Assembly: GCA_051362555.1 (NCBI GenBank)
Contig: CM120644.1
Coordinates: 2,550,954-2,614,953, forward strand
DNA: 64,000 bases
Direction of reading: 5' to 3'
Source of the DNA: Lingula anatina
Lineage: Eukaryota > Animalia > Brachiopoda
The number at the start of each line of letters is the position of its first letter. The stretch's first letter is position 1. Both the position numbers and the translations under genes were made by a program. Below are positions 14,501-27,400 of this stretch, piece after piece. Under the pieces are notes generated by a model that was not told where the DNA came from, made no database searches, and saw nothing but the letters and a program-made list of their open reading frames with translations.

Positions 14501-17500
14501 TGTTTGGCTCGCAATTAACGCTTACGTGATTTTTTACTTTTTATTAGTGAGAAACGTAGCGGAAAAGCTCAAGCTATAAGTGCTTAAAGCGTTGTGATAA
14601 ATTAACACATCCTTTTCTTTCAGAACGGGTGAAATCTTATTTTACTTCTCAAGAATTTAAAATCTCCCTTTTTCGGTTTGACGTAGAAGTGTCCTCGAGA
14701 TGAGTTATCTGAAAAAAATATCTCTGTTTCATATCTTAAACTACTTTCGTCCTCTGTCTACAGATGTATGGGCAGCGATAAACGGACAAACAAGAGCAGA
14801 GAGAGAAAATAGACATTATTACAAGGGAAGGTGCCGAGATGCAACGTCCTTATGAACTTCGACACGACAAAAATGGCGGTTTGTCTGCAGACGGTTCACA
14901 ATTATAAATCCCGATTTCTCCCAAGCAGACACTTGAACTCAAAACAAAATCGTAAAAACTCTTTGAAGTGATATCAGATTAAATCTTTCAGACAAAAAGG
15001 TCATTATGCAATTAAGTATAATACGATATTGTCTCTAGTAAAGGTGATGCCACACAAGAGAGAGGGAGCAGGGAGGGAGGGAACGAGAACAGCCTGAGAT
15101 TGTTCTTCAATGGACATTATGGGATATAATTATTATGCTATACGTCGCCGCCTGGTGATTGAATGGGGTGATTTGTGCATTTGAGTGAGACTTTCCTTTC
15201 AGATGGCACCGGCTGATATCGCCTGTGCAATCCTATCTCAAGGTCTCATCCGTTTCTGCGTATCGTGAATAACTTTACAAACAGCCGCCTAACTTCCGTG
15301 CGTGATAAAATAATGCTTTTTATCTTGCGTTTCGGTTAAATGACAAGTCACAGCTAACAATGGGTGTCTTTTTGTCACCGGAATTCTTAAAAGATATGGA
15401 TGCGAGATATCCAATGAACTCATTCAAGTAGAACGTTACTGCTGAGTGATATAATCTGTAACTCATCATTGCTGGGGCTATAGAGAAAAACCTCTCTCTC
15501 TCTCTCTCTCAGCTGTTACCCGTCAGCTTCAATACCAATATATCACAATTACATAAAACATACGCCAAATAATTCTCCATACGCCAAATATTTCTCCCAT
15601 CCCTTAATTTTCCCAAGGGCTCTCAAAGAACAATTGCTCCTTAAACTGTCACTTCTTTACGAACCACCGCTTCATATATCCAAAAGATTAATCACAGCAT
15701 TTTGCAATTCTCATAATGGCATATTCATCGAGGTTTATTGCAGCTTGGTGCCTATAGTAGGCCCATTATACGGTATAGAGGTTGACATAATGGGAAATCG
15801 GGGTAGCTTTTTTTTAATGGAAAAAGGTCAAAGAAAATGAGCAGTGTTGACCTTGATAAAGAGGGGGGGGGGGGAGGTGGTCGTCTAAGGAATCGCGAAA
15901 GGTTAGTAACGGTTCTTGAAAGTTTATTGCTGGAAATTTTAGTCAGTCTCTTTAGAAGCAATTTTTTCGCGTAAACCCTTACTCAAAATGTTGAATTATG
16001 TGACATGACGTTGTGTGCTTGAAACAATTGTCCCACATACAGTAACACATCTTTTTATTCACCGATGTTGAGGAAATCTCAGGGATGTTCATAGCAAGGA
16101 CACATCTGAGATATCCAAAACAAGAAAGGCTGTAGAGGACGGCAAATACTACCAATGACAGGCTGACAAACTAGTCATAAAGAAGAACAAATATTTGAAA
16201 CTAAAATTTTCAATTTTGAGAATTCATCTCAATTAAAGATACTTAAAATGTAAATTGTTCCTAAAGAGATTATAATCTTTTTTTTTACCAATGAAGAATA
16301 ACGTTTCGTTATCCATCGTCATCGTTGTCAAGAGACAAGACAAAAAGTTGTTTCAACCAATATTTACATTTAATATCTAAACGGACCACTATATGCATTT
16401 TATCTTGCACGGAAATAGTTTTCTTTCTTTTTATTTTTTGCAATTTTTTGAAACCGGTCCCTGACACAGTACCCGATATGATCTTCACTCATCAAGGAAG
16501 GGGAGGGGCGGGGTCCGGGGAGAAACACGATTGAGGCGGGCCGCCAGGAAGACTGATCAATTCCACGTTTGGCTTCCCTATCAACACCAATTACGACCCC
16601 AGCATTCTGTGCTTTACAGAGAAATGGGGGTCCATTAGCGAGGGAACAATGCACAGGCCCAACAGTGTTAGAACTTATTTTTACGATTATGTGTGTGTGT
16701 GTGTATGTGTGTGTGTGCGTGTGTGAGCAAGAGAGAGAGAGAGAGGAGAGAGAGAGAAGGTAGGAGATGCAGAGAGCATGGCGTGTCTATGAACAGGAAA
16801 TCCTTGCAAATTCCTCAGATAAACTATCAAATTCCTCTTCCAATCACCCGGTTGTCTTTCGAGCGTGCATGGGTTTGTGTTAACTACCACAGGTTATAGA
16901 AGACACTTGAACATTGAGAGCATTCTTCAGGAACAACCCACTTCACTTCACCCATGCCTGTGGCCCCAGCAAAATTCCCCTTTCCCTGAACACTGTATTA
17001 TGAAGAAAGCCATAAAGTATCCACGTTCAGGGCATGGTGGTTTTTGACACCGGTCCATGATGTGGATAGACATAAAGAAACCCTGGGCCCAGTAAATGGG
17101 AAGATCGCAGGTAGATAGTGGAGTACAAATTCCGGTGCCTTATTGGCAATTTCAATCGCCGTGTTCGACTCCGGTCCGCTGTGTTCAACTAATTCGATAT
17201 AAATGAAGAACTGTCTGCACCCAGTCTTAGTATATTTGTTCTATCCTTGTCCCGGTGTGATATTATGATTTGTGTGGAAACTTGGTATTATTCATTCAAG
17301 GTGATTGGAATCGCATAAGTGATATATTCATACTGGTCACAAAATAGATGGAAAAGAGAGATGGAAAGAGAACAGAACGAAACGAAACACATCAGTCTTC
17401 CTCTATTTCTCCATTTAAATTACACTTAGAAATCTCCCTAGAGTTCGCACTGACTTCAATGACGCAAATATTCGCTTGTAAGTACCAATAACTTCAATAA

Positions 17501-19312
17501 CTGGCATCGGGGATTCCCGTTAACAAGTCGCCCAAGTAAATGGCAGTCTAAGGTCGGGCAATAACACAGTCGGGGCGGGTTTTATGGCCGAAATCTCCGG
17601 CTCCAACGCAAACTGTGCGAGACCAGTAAATGCCAATAGCAAAGGCTGATAAGACCCCTTAATACGGCCAGACAAAAGGGATTGGTGTAATTTGGAAAAT
17701 TTACTGCTCTCCCCAGGGCAGTGTTGTTTCTTTGGCCTTTGAAAGACTGCGGCTCCCTCCGGCGCCGTGTCCTCACCGTTGGTGACAAAACTGGGCAGAC
17801 GACAGAATTGGAAATAAAAATTGTAAGCAACGGCGGAGATGTATTGGAAACCTTTTAGTGTGTGGGAGAAAGATAGTAGAATAGTTCTTTGAGGAAAGTG
17901 AAAGAAATGTTGGTAACGTAGAAGATACCAGATTTTTTTTTTAATTGACGCAAAGTGAAGAATTGTTAGATGATATTTTTTTTCAAAGACAAATTAATTT
18001 AAATATCTGTCGTCTGTACCTTTCAGACGACATCATAACGACGTCAAAAATACCTGATGTTGCAGCGTAATAACCAGGCACATAACATGGCACAGCCATC
18101 CATATAATGCTACCATTTTTTCTTACAACATACCATGGTGCGGCACTCACAAGTAACCCAAGCCCCGACTTCTGCTAATCAAGCTTCAGTTACATGCCCA
18201 TTTATTTCTTTTTCCAGCCATCAACTTGTATTTATTTTTGTCACGCAGCGGGACGGTTAGAAAATTAACCTTGGATGCGCGCTTAATTCCAGTGCGATAC
18301 ATTTTAACGTGATCTAACGCGCAGTAATTTATCACCCAGCGTGAAATATATATTTGGGGTTAACGCAACGGCCGTTGAAAGTAACCCGAGCCGAGATTGC
18401 TGTGAAACTAAAACAGCGCACTAAAACCGTACTTTGACAGTACAGCCGCGGTAATAGATGGCGGAGTTATTGTGTGCCAGTGAACCGTGGAGTCCTCTCT
18501 TCTACGCCGACCCACCCCCTACCGGTTCGTTGACATAGCCCTTTCTTGAAACCACCGGGAGGAATTTTCACACAAACTCCCTCACCCCGTGATGCGCTCC
18601 ACGGCCGATGTTAAGAGTCCTTTTCGAGTCCCCCTTAAATCCTCTTCACCATGTGCTCGACAAAACCCCCTGAGCAAACTTGGGGAGTTGTTGAAGTTCC
18701 CCTGCACAATTTACAGCACTAATGCGTCACGAGTTTAATTTTACATTAACTTGGCCTTTCTTAGTAATGTTATCAAAATAGTGATAAAACTTTTATACAC
18801 TGGATTGTGTAGATACATGCTCTGTGTGAAAGTAACGAAAGTTTAAAGCAAAGTTGAAGATCGAACGCTCACAATGCACAATGTACACCGACTCGAGTCA
18901 ACCTTAAACCTACGAGTCGACGCAAAGTAAACCTTTCTTTCTGCCCCGTTTGTTAACAAAACATACAATTCATTCTTCTTTTCACAGCATGCCCCATGCC
19001 TTCCACTAGAACGAACACGTTGAACTGCTAGGCCTCTAACGGAGGATAAAACCGACCTTTCTCTCCACTGTTTATTCCATACATTAGTCCATAACATAGC
19101 GTATAAACGAGGCGATTTATTAAATATTGTGATATCATATTCATTAGACTGCACAGGTCGAAGCGGGTGAGATTTGGAAAGGGGGGGGGGGGGAGAAGTC
19201 AATGGATGGATCTAGAGTTGATCATCGGGGGATTAGGAGAATAAAGATTAAACTCACCTTGCGTTTTCGTGACCCAGATAGTAAGCAGTATGAGTAGTAT
19301 GTGAACCTCCAT
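1116..19312 (-). CDS. BAMBI: BMP and activin membrane-bound inhibitor (exons 1-2; the TM/cytoplasmic exon lies beyond the left edge)
   Basis: Exon 1 (19312..19258) reads MEVHILLILLTIWVTKTQ-G, which is signal-peptide-like, and ends at donor GTGAGT in phase 1. Exon 2 (1436..1116) follows ttttag and ends at donor GTAAG; it reads GEVRCYCNEPHCIATGYMCKS...HGC...CCKEDMCNY, the BAMBI ectodomain signature. The phases join as G|GT = Gly. Intron 1 is 1437..19257. Confidence 0.93.
4739..4915. mobile_element. Tourist-like MITE (copy 1) in BAMBI intron 1
   Basis: TIRs of about 55 bp (GGACTAACTAGTCCGAG.GTCAAATATGGC.GACCCACT) and TSD TAA/TAA. A second copy is at 49513-49686. Confidence 0.88.
9168..9210. repeat. 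(TATTG)n pentanucleotide microsatellite
   Basis: About 8 units; source of the spurious IVLYC repeat in ORF 9091..9519. Confidence 0.95.
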
Positions 19313-19691
19313 AGCTGTAGGTGACAGGGGACAGACCAGCTGCCCTTTGACGAGTCCCTCTCTCCTGCTTTAAGTCCACCTAATGTGTTCTTAGTTAAAA
19401 TCCACTGGTTTAAATCCCACAACTCGGCATCAAACCATGTCTCGTCGTCACTGTTCCCCTCACACTGGTATATAAATATTAATACCAATATATGTGTAGA
19501 GAAAGAGAGCTAGAGCGTCAAGTCCACACGCTGTTTAAAGTGCTGTGTACGCGAAGAGCTCTCTGTGTGTTAATGTGTGTAAAGCCCAATGCGCCTCGTA
19601 CTACTAAAGCTTAACCAGCCTGCCTGCCTCGGCGTGATGACGTAGGCAGAAAGTTACTGACTTTTAAGCTTATTAGCGAAGCACTCCGCGC

Positions 19692-19706
19692 GGCGCCCGA
19701 CTGTCG
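19692..19706 (+). promoter_or_regulatory. Candidate BMP/Smad response element upstream of BAMBI
   Basis: GGCGCC-CGACT-GTCG fits the bipartite GGCGYC-N5-GTCV Smad1/5+Smad4 consensus, about 380 bp 5' of the BAMBI ATG. Confidence 0.5.
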
Positions 19707-21033
19707 CAGTAGAGGAGATACGATATAAAAGGTTGTCTACCTAGGTCGGCTTTAACACAGTCACTAGCAGAGAGCTGGGAGATCGCCCCGCTAGATTAAA
19801 GGGTCTAGCAGCATTTATGTAAATTCCTTGGTCGCCCGCCCCTGAATCAGTCGAGGGGTAATTTGTTTGTTTTTTGAGGTAAAGAGGACTGAGTTTAAAG
19901 AGGAGTTAAAGAGAATTTGATATAGGTAACAGAGACGCGGAGGAAAGATAACGCTTTTCTTATAGACCTCGTTTACTTCTGGTTGAGCGAACGCTGTGTC
20001 AGTTCTCATAGTCGTTGTCACTATTGCGACTTTGTCAGCTTGTCACGGCGAACCTAGCTGTCGTCACTGAGAGGACACATTTGACAAATTACCCGTCCCC
20101 GCCTATGACTGTGAATGTGTTGAAATGGGCGACTGTACCGGCTATAGAAAAGGCCGGGTTTTTCATTTGAGACCATAAAACGATTCTTAAGTGGATGGTG
20201 CAGGGCTCCAGCAAGGATTTTATATACAAAGAGTTATGGTTTTCGTCTAGCTGTCTCGACGTGAACTTCCATGCCATTTTTACCATGTAATGGTTACTCC
20301 TATCTGCCCATTTTTAAGGATTTTCCCAGGAGATTTTGATGTTATTCTTTATGCTTTTTCTTCGTGTCTTATTTTCATTATCTCTTTTCCATTTCTAAGA
20401 TAATTACCGTGACTTTACAGTTGTTTCTTTTTGTCATATTTAAAAAAAAAAAAAAAAAAAAAAAGAATATTCTTACAAATTCACTGCTCTATGAACAAAG
20501 AACTCTAATTCAAACGAGCGGAAGCCAATAATAATAAAAGAACAGAAACAAAGACAAGATAAAAGTAATAAAGATAACACCGAAAACATAAAATATAAAA
20601 ATGTAGTAAAATTCACCTAAATAAACAAAAAAAAAACTATCTAGAAGAGGCAAGGGCCTATACATGAAAGTATCTATACCTCCCAGAGAGTTTTATTAAT
20701 ACTTAATAATATCAAGAACGTGGGTTGAAGTGCACTTGGCTCTAGTTTGCTACACGCACGCGTGCAGTAGTCGGTTTATATAGTAATGTCCCTTGGCTGG
20801 ATAACATGGCCTACCGCATGGGAAACTGTCAGCTGTCATGAGCTGCCACGAAATTACTAATCTCTCTGTAAATATGATAAAAGTTAACTACCTTCCAGTC
20901 TGACACGTGACGCAATTTCTTTACACTTTTTGAGATTAGAGAGTCTCGTAATTATTAAGACTAAGTAGTCGGAGTTCAAGATATGTCGAGGTGGCACCCC
21001 CAGAGTAAAAAAATGTAGAAATAGACTCGGGAA

Positions 21034-21064
<31 letters not shown>

Positions 21065-21238
21065 GAGAGGAGGGGAGTGAGGGTTGTATGATGCCTAATT
21101 CTAGCGAACGTTATCAACTCAGTGTTAATGTTAAATTCTTCAAGCACAGTAACCCTATGTAATATGACAACTCACTTCTCGAGTGGCATTTTTACCAGCC
21201 CTTTTCTTCGTCGAGTCGAGCAGTGGACCTTTCGCCAG

Positions 21239-21277
<39 letters not shown>

Positions 21278-22124
21278 ATCATTGTTACATATTTATGGAC
21301 TAGTTCCTGTAATTTTTTTATTTCTTCATTTTTTATTCGATTTATTTTATTTCTTTTCATTCACTGCGATGCATTTCACCCAAAATTACGTGAATATTCC
21401 AGTTATTTGTAATTTTTGAATATTCCGTTATCTTCAGTTTTCACTAAATACTTCACGGGAATCTAATTAAATGAAAGTTTTTATCTAAACATAATTGAAT
21501 ACCGTAGTCTAATTGGGTCTAAAAACAGGTAAGTCTTTTGAGTGTTGAGTGGCGAGAGGAGAGAGAAACAGAGAGGGGTGGGAAAGGCGACCGCCCCCTG
21601 TGCGCTATCCTTATCTGAACCTTATCTCGAGATAAAAGTCTCTGTACGGTGAGGGGAGTCTAGGGAGGGGGTCAGAAGACGAGTCTTGGTCCTCATATCT
21701 ATGAAATCTCCACCATTTTAATTACCGTTATCGGTGACTGCAGGGAACCGCGCCCAGCTGTATCTTTTGTACTTTCTGCTATGAGTCACGTTTGTCTGAT
21801 TTTTATCTCTCAATTTGTTCGTTTTCAGTGGAGATGTTTCTCCTTTTCTTACGTAGTTTGTACATGTGTATTATCTATGCGCAATCAATGCTTGAGAAAC
21901 AGTTGTGCCGGGAACTTGCGGCCGTCTTTGTTACGCATTTTAAAAGCACTTAAGAAATCCTAATGCATTTTAGAAAATAATTCGATGACAAACCATTCAT
22001 CAATGCACAGAATCAGCTGTTTTTAAAGAAATTTACGTGAGGGATTTCAGCAGTAATGGTTTTCAGAATTTCAGATGAATGAGGCACCAGTGAGATCAGG
22101 ACATGGGCATCTTAGAGAAGCTAA

Positions 22125-22164
<40 letters not shown>

Positions 22165-22691
22165 AAAAGTATAAGCTAGTAGGAGAGGTGGTGTTAGAGC
22201 GGAGTACCATGTTGGTCAGCAAATCTCCACTCTAAATCAAAATTTGATCTGGGATCTCTCTCTCAAATTGGGCCAACTAAGTATGGGGAGAAAAGGTCCA
22301 CATTTTCAGAAAAAAATCTTTTGAAACATGCTGGTTACAGACCTGAAATTAAGACGATATCCAACTACAGTATTCATTGTACATTCACTAGAGCAGCTGA
22401 TCTGGGTAATTTAGAACTATACAATATCGGACACATTATAGTTCTACTGGTACAGCTGCTATAATTTACTGGAACTAGGGGCCAGTGGCACAAAAGAAAA
22501 AAAGACATAAGACCAAAAATAAGACTTCACTTTAGGACAGGCATTATAATATATTCAAATTAATGATAAATCCAAATATTCCGCTAAAATGAACTCATCA
22601 TTGAGCTTTAACAGTGACCAATTTTTTCTATCTATGACAGTCTACCAATATTTAATAAAGATGGATTACTTCTGATGAAGTAAACTAAAAT

Positions 22692-22815
22692 TACCCTCTA
22701 CCAGGGTGGCAGATATTATAGGGAAATCTTAAAAAAGCCAGAGAATGACTATTTATCTAACGATATATCTGTGAAAATCTTCTGAAAAATCAATCTGTCG
22801 CCCTGGTAAGGGGTA
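22692..22815. mobile_element. Small MITE (~125 bp), copy 1
   Basis: TIR TACCCTCTACCAGGGTGGCAGAT / ATCTGTCGCCCTGGTAAGGGGTA. An inverted homologous copy is at 46967-47099. Confidence 0.8.
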
Positions 22816-24424
22816 GACTAAAATTTTGGTCCTAAAGTTGAGACCAGATTTCGGCCTCAAGTTCTACTGTGACACTGTCCCCAGACTGGCAGTATTGTGG
22901 CACATGCCCGCATTAATATATGGACCCCAAAACAACAACAACAGGTGTCTCAGACTCGCCAGGGTCATTGTCACAAGGCCAGGCAAACTTGACAAGTTGG
23001 TTTATGAGCAGTGACTCTCTGTAAACCACTCTTGCAAGACGAAATTTACTTATTTAATTATTTTTTATTATTTATTTATTTATTTATTTATTTTTCTTGT
23101 TTTCTAAACATATATGTGTAACGAGCATGGCGGCTAAATTTCAGGATCTGTTGGTGTTCTTTTAATATTGATTTTCAAATCCTCAGTGAAAACTACAGCA
23201 TTGCATTGTTGCATGTCGAACGCAGCGTATAGAGCCACAGATGTGCATCATTCTTGTTCTTCTTTTTCTTCTTATAATTATTAACTTTTAGAACATTCAA
23301 TGGCTCCATGTCTCAAGAACAGCGCTTTTAGATTCACCGCATAGTACAGGTAAGATAGATAGAGAGAGAGAGACTGATTCTTGGAGGTTTGTAATCCAAC
23401 TACAACGGGCACAAAATTGTTATTATAGCGACTGACGTTGACAAGGTAACTTGCAGTAACGCTAGAGGAGAATGTGTTAGGTGTGCCAGGTGCAGGACCT
23501 CATAACACAATTAAAAGCAGCCACGATTACTACGTTGACTGTGTATTATAAACAGTAATGCAGCTATCGTTAAAATTAGGTGTCTTTATAGGCCTATGTT
23601 TCTTCATTAAAAACACCAAGGGAGCATGTTAAAAACACACAACTGGTATTTTACTTGAAAAGTGATTTTACATAAATTACTAATTTGCTTTTATGAACCC
23701 AACAAACATCCACACATGTAATGATTACACGTACTGGGGTAGAGTACTACACTTCTGAAAATTTTCAATCAACACTAGAATGGAAAATGAATTCATGATT
23801 TTCAGGAAAATTTTAGATTTATTTGAATATTAATATAATATAACATAATACAATTGTGATTTTATGCCAGTTAAAAATAAGTCAAAAAATAAAGGACTTT
23901 TCTTGGACCCTCAACCACAAAAAGCATCTTTTTGAAGAAAAAAAAGATAATGGTTAACCAGTATAGCTTTCACCTCATAAATTTAAAATTAAAGAATTGA
24001 TATTGAGGCATTTTTTTAGCATCATTATGTTTTATTTTAATTTGTACAATTTGTGATTAAATTTTAATTTAAAAAATGATAGGTAAATTGCATCTGATTT
24101 AATACATATTTCTCAATAAATCTGAAATCTACAGTGTATTATTGTCTCTCATAATATATCAGCATTTCTTTATATTTACATCATATATCATACATTTTAC
24201 AATGAAGTGATTTGGGGAAATCAGGCCCCATCAATTGTACACTACTGAAATGACTGAGCCACAAGTTGAACATGGTCTCTCTGTACAAAGTTAGAGCTAC
24301 TGGTATTTTACATCACTAAACATCACAAGTATTTGACTTGCTTTTTCTGCACAGTTTCACACTAGGGAAGGGAGTAGGGTGCAGTGCTTCTTTCGCCTGC
24401 TGTGAGAAAGATTGTTAAAACTGT

Positions 24425-27400
24425 CTACATCTGACTTGCTTTTTCCAGACTTTTGGTAGCATCTTTTAGTTTTCCAACCAGGTCCTAAAACATAAATGGA
24501 ATATTCAAACTTACACAAGGTACAATGATTTCTCCATAATGATGATATCAATAAATATTTTTTACTTCAGTTTATCACACTAGAATAAAGTATTAAGAGC
24601 AAAAAAAAAAAAAAAAAAAGATTAGTAAAGCAAGACAAAGCCCATCAGTTTTTCATCCCTGTGTCAAACATAATGGTAAGTTGGTCTTTGTCGAAGATGT
24701 CATATTTGCCCACTGAAGTGAGACAATTTTTTAAATTCTTGCACACAAACCTTTAACAAAATCTCACTAGTATATCTTTGTATGCAGGTACATACTGCCA
24801 TAGTTGTATTTTCCCCAACACCTATCGAAAAAAAAAAAGAAAGAAAGAAAACAAGAAAACTTACCTGTAACTGTTCCATGGTGCAAGCAAACTGAACATC
24901 TTTGGTGTCTTGTTGTCCACACTCCTATAATCCCAGTAAGGAAAAAAATTTAATTTACTTTTGCTTCCATATTCAATTCATAATTACAAGTGTGTGGGAA
25001 TGTATTTATCTATTTATTCATTCATTTATCTAATATTTGGCACTATGATTTGCATGCGTCAATGCCTTATGTTTGTCATTTTGTTACTGATAAATCTGGT
25101 TTATGACCCATCAAACAGACCTTAAATTTAGTTGACTACGGGTAGTAATTGGCTATTTATGCTTTTCTTAAGTATGCTGCTTCTTATTTGTACTACTATC
25201 AGTCATTTCATAGCAAAATGTTGGCTATTTTGATGCTCATCATGAATCTCACCTCTGTTTTTAATGTTATCAGATAAGTAGGCTGATTGACTTTATCCAC
25301 ATGGTTATTCTGAAAAATATCAAGAAGATTATTTTCTTATTTTCTGTAAACTATAATGATAGAAAAATTCAATTAAAATATTAGCATAAATCACTGGGGT
25401 AAAACAATTTTGCTTTTTTTTTAGCAGAATCTGAAGATTGTTGCTTATCTCATTCATAAGAAAACATTTTGTGCGTACATTCCTCTTACATTTATACATT
25501 AATCCAATCTCCCGTACAACACAAGTCACACCCTAAACTGAATACAGTGAAGACAAATTCTTCAAAGTAAAATCCAAACCTTAAATAGGAAGTATCAGAT
25601 CTAGACACGCACCTCAATCATAATTACTGACCATCTCCCTCATTCCCTCCCCACCCCCAACAATAAAGCATAAAGAACAAAGTAAAAAAAAACAGTAAAG
25701 CAAGACAAAACCCAGCATTTTTCCATCCCGTGTCAAACATATAATAGTAAATTAGTCTTTGTCTAAGGAGGTTGTATCTGCCAGTTGAAGTGAGACAATT
25801 TTTTAATCCTTGCACCCCAAACCCTTAACAAAATTATACATCCACCTGTGCCATCAGCACTGCATTTGGCATTCCAGTGAAAATATTATTCATACCAAAA
25901 ATGCAGTCTTTACAGTGATGAGGTTCTTGTTAAGCAATGACTGTTCTGTTTATCTGCTTCTCACCTTTATATAGTAATCTAGTCTCCAGTCAACATCCAC
26001 TATATGAGGGGGATTATGGCTGACACTGAAAGCAAATTTAGTTGTTTTAATATATTAAAATACACTTTTTCATTTAATGATTTACAATGTATGTGTCAAC
26101 TTAAAATGTTTTCTTTTCCACAATTAGAATGTCTGGCAAGTCAACTGCTACAAAGAAAACTTTTATTGCACTTTTTCCAAGTCTGTTTGCAGTTCTAGAA
26201 TTGTTTATCCACATGTACAATAACAGTTACAATTATTTTGACAGATGGATTTTTACTTCATTTATTTATTTATTTATACATTTTACATATGAATCAACTT
26301 ACCTTCCTAATAATGCTTGAATATGGGACTTCTTTTCCTAAAAATAAATATCACATGTTAAAGCTTATAGTGTTGAATGCCATAATGACAGAAAAGAATG
26401 TTGAACAACTAAAGAAAGGAGAGGCAAATTAAAGGGCTATACAAAAATTTAAAGGACAATGTTCATGTAAAAATCCATTTCTCGAATTTTGAAGATACAG
26501 CACTCAATCTATACACTAATGGTATGTTTTAATCGATCCCCGCCATTTAAAAATTATAAAAACAATCTATTAGTAGAAAAAAAAGCGTTTTAGTAAACCT
26601 CACCTCAATATGCAAAAATGAAGCAACAGATCTGGGTCACGTGGTACTGTGACGACAATCACGATAAAGGTCTACGAGACTCAACTGAGCTGCATGGCGC
26701 ATAGAGACGGAGAAGTTAAGGAAAGTTGTGTTGAACGGAGTTGAGGAATTTTCGTTATGCCTCGGTGTGTTGCCGTGGGATTCACCAAAATTGCAGCTTT
26801 CGTTGACAATCTTTCTTTGTCTGTGACGGTCTTCCGTGACTTACTTACTAACTTCTGTGACAATAGTTGCGATGCTCTAGATCATGGTCACCTCAGGTGG
26901 TTTAGATCATATCAAGAGCTGGTAGCCTTTCAGATTAACTGTCATCAGTTGGCAAACTTACTGATTGCTGATGCATTTTAAATGCATTGTAGTTGACCAA
27001 AAGCTCGTTTACAACAAACCTGTTAATTATGCACCGCTGCAATTCCCAAGCCAGGTAATAACAGGTATGAAACTCGTCTTGGTGGGCTTTCATATTTTTC
27101 AATGTATCTCATTTATTTCATGGGGTTATTTTATTGGTATTTGTAAATGGCGTTAAATATCAATACTTAAACAATTAAGTTCAAACACGGTTAATAAAAG
27201 AAATTGCTCTCAGGGTATCTTGAAGCTTCCGTGGAAGAAAACGTGTTGAGGAAAAACAGGAAAAAGAGCGTTATATTAAAGAAAAAATGGGAACTGCTAT
27301 AATAAAATGGTTCGTTATCCTAATTCGTTTATGCTTTGAGGATTTGTTTCTGAAGATTATTTCATCTGAAATATTAAATAATTTAAAAGATTGATTATTT

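Noticed and set aside
17110-17190. tRNA or tRNA-derived SINE suggested by GTTCGACTCC
   Set aside because: No acceptor stem, D-arm or A-box could be built.
2394-23014. Numerous 60-140 aa ORFs in the BAMBI intron and upstream region
   Set aside because: They are driven by microsatellites and homopolymers (poly-P, THTH, RERE, IYLF) with no recognisable domains. ORF 19222..19488 is the wrong frame over the true BAMBI exon 1.
24623-25833. Paralogous intronic snoRNAs as a firm feature call
   Set aside because: No conserved RUGAUGA/CUGA or ANANNA/ACA boxes are shared by both copies, so it is kept only as a low-interest finding.
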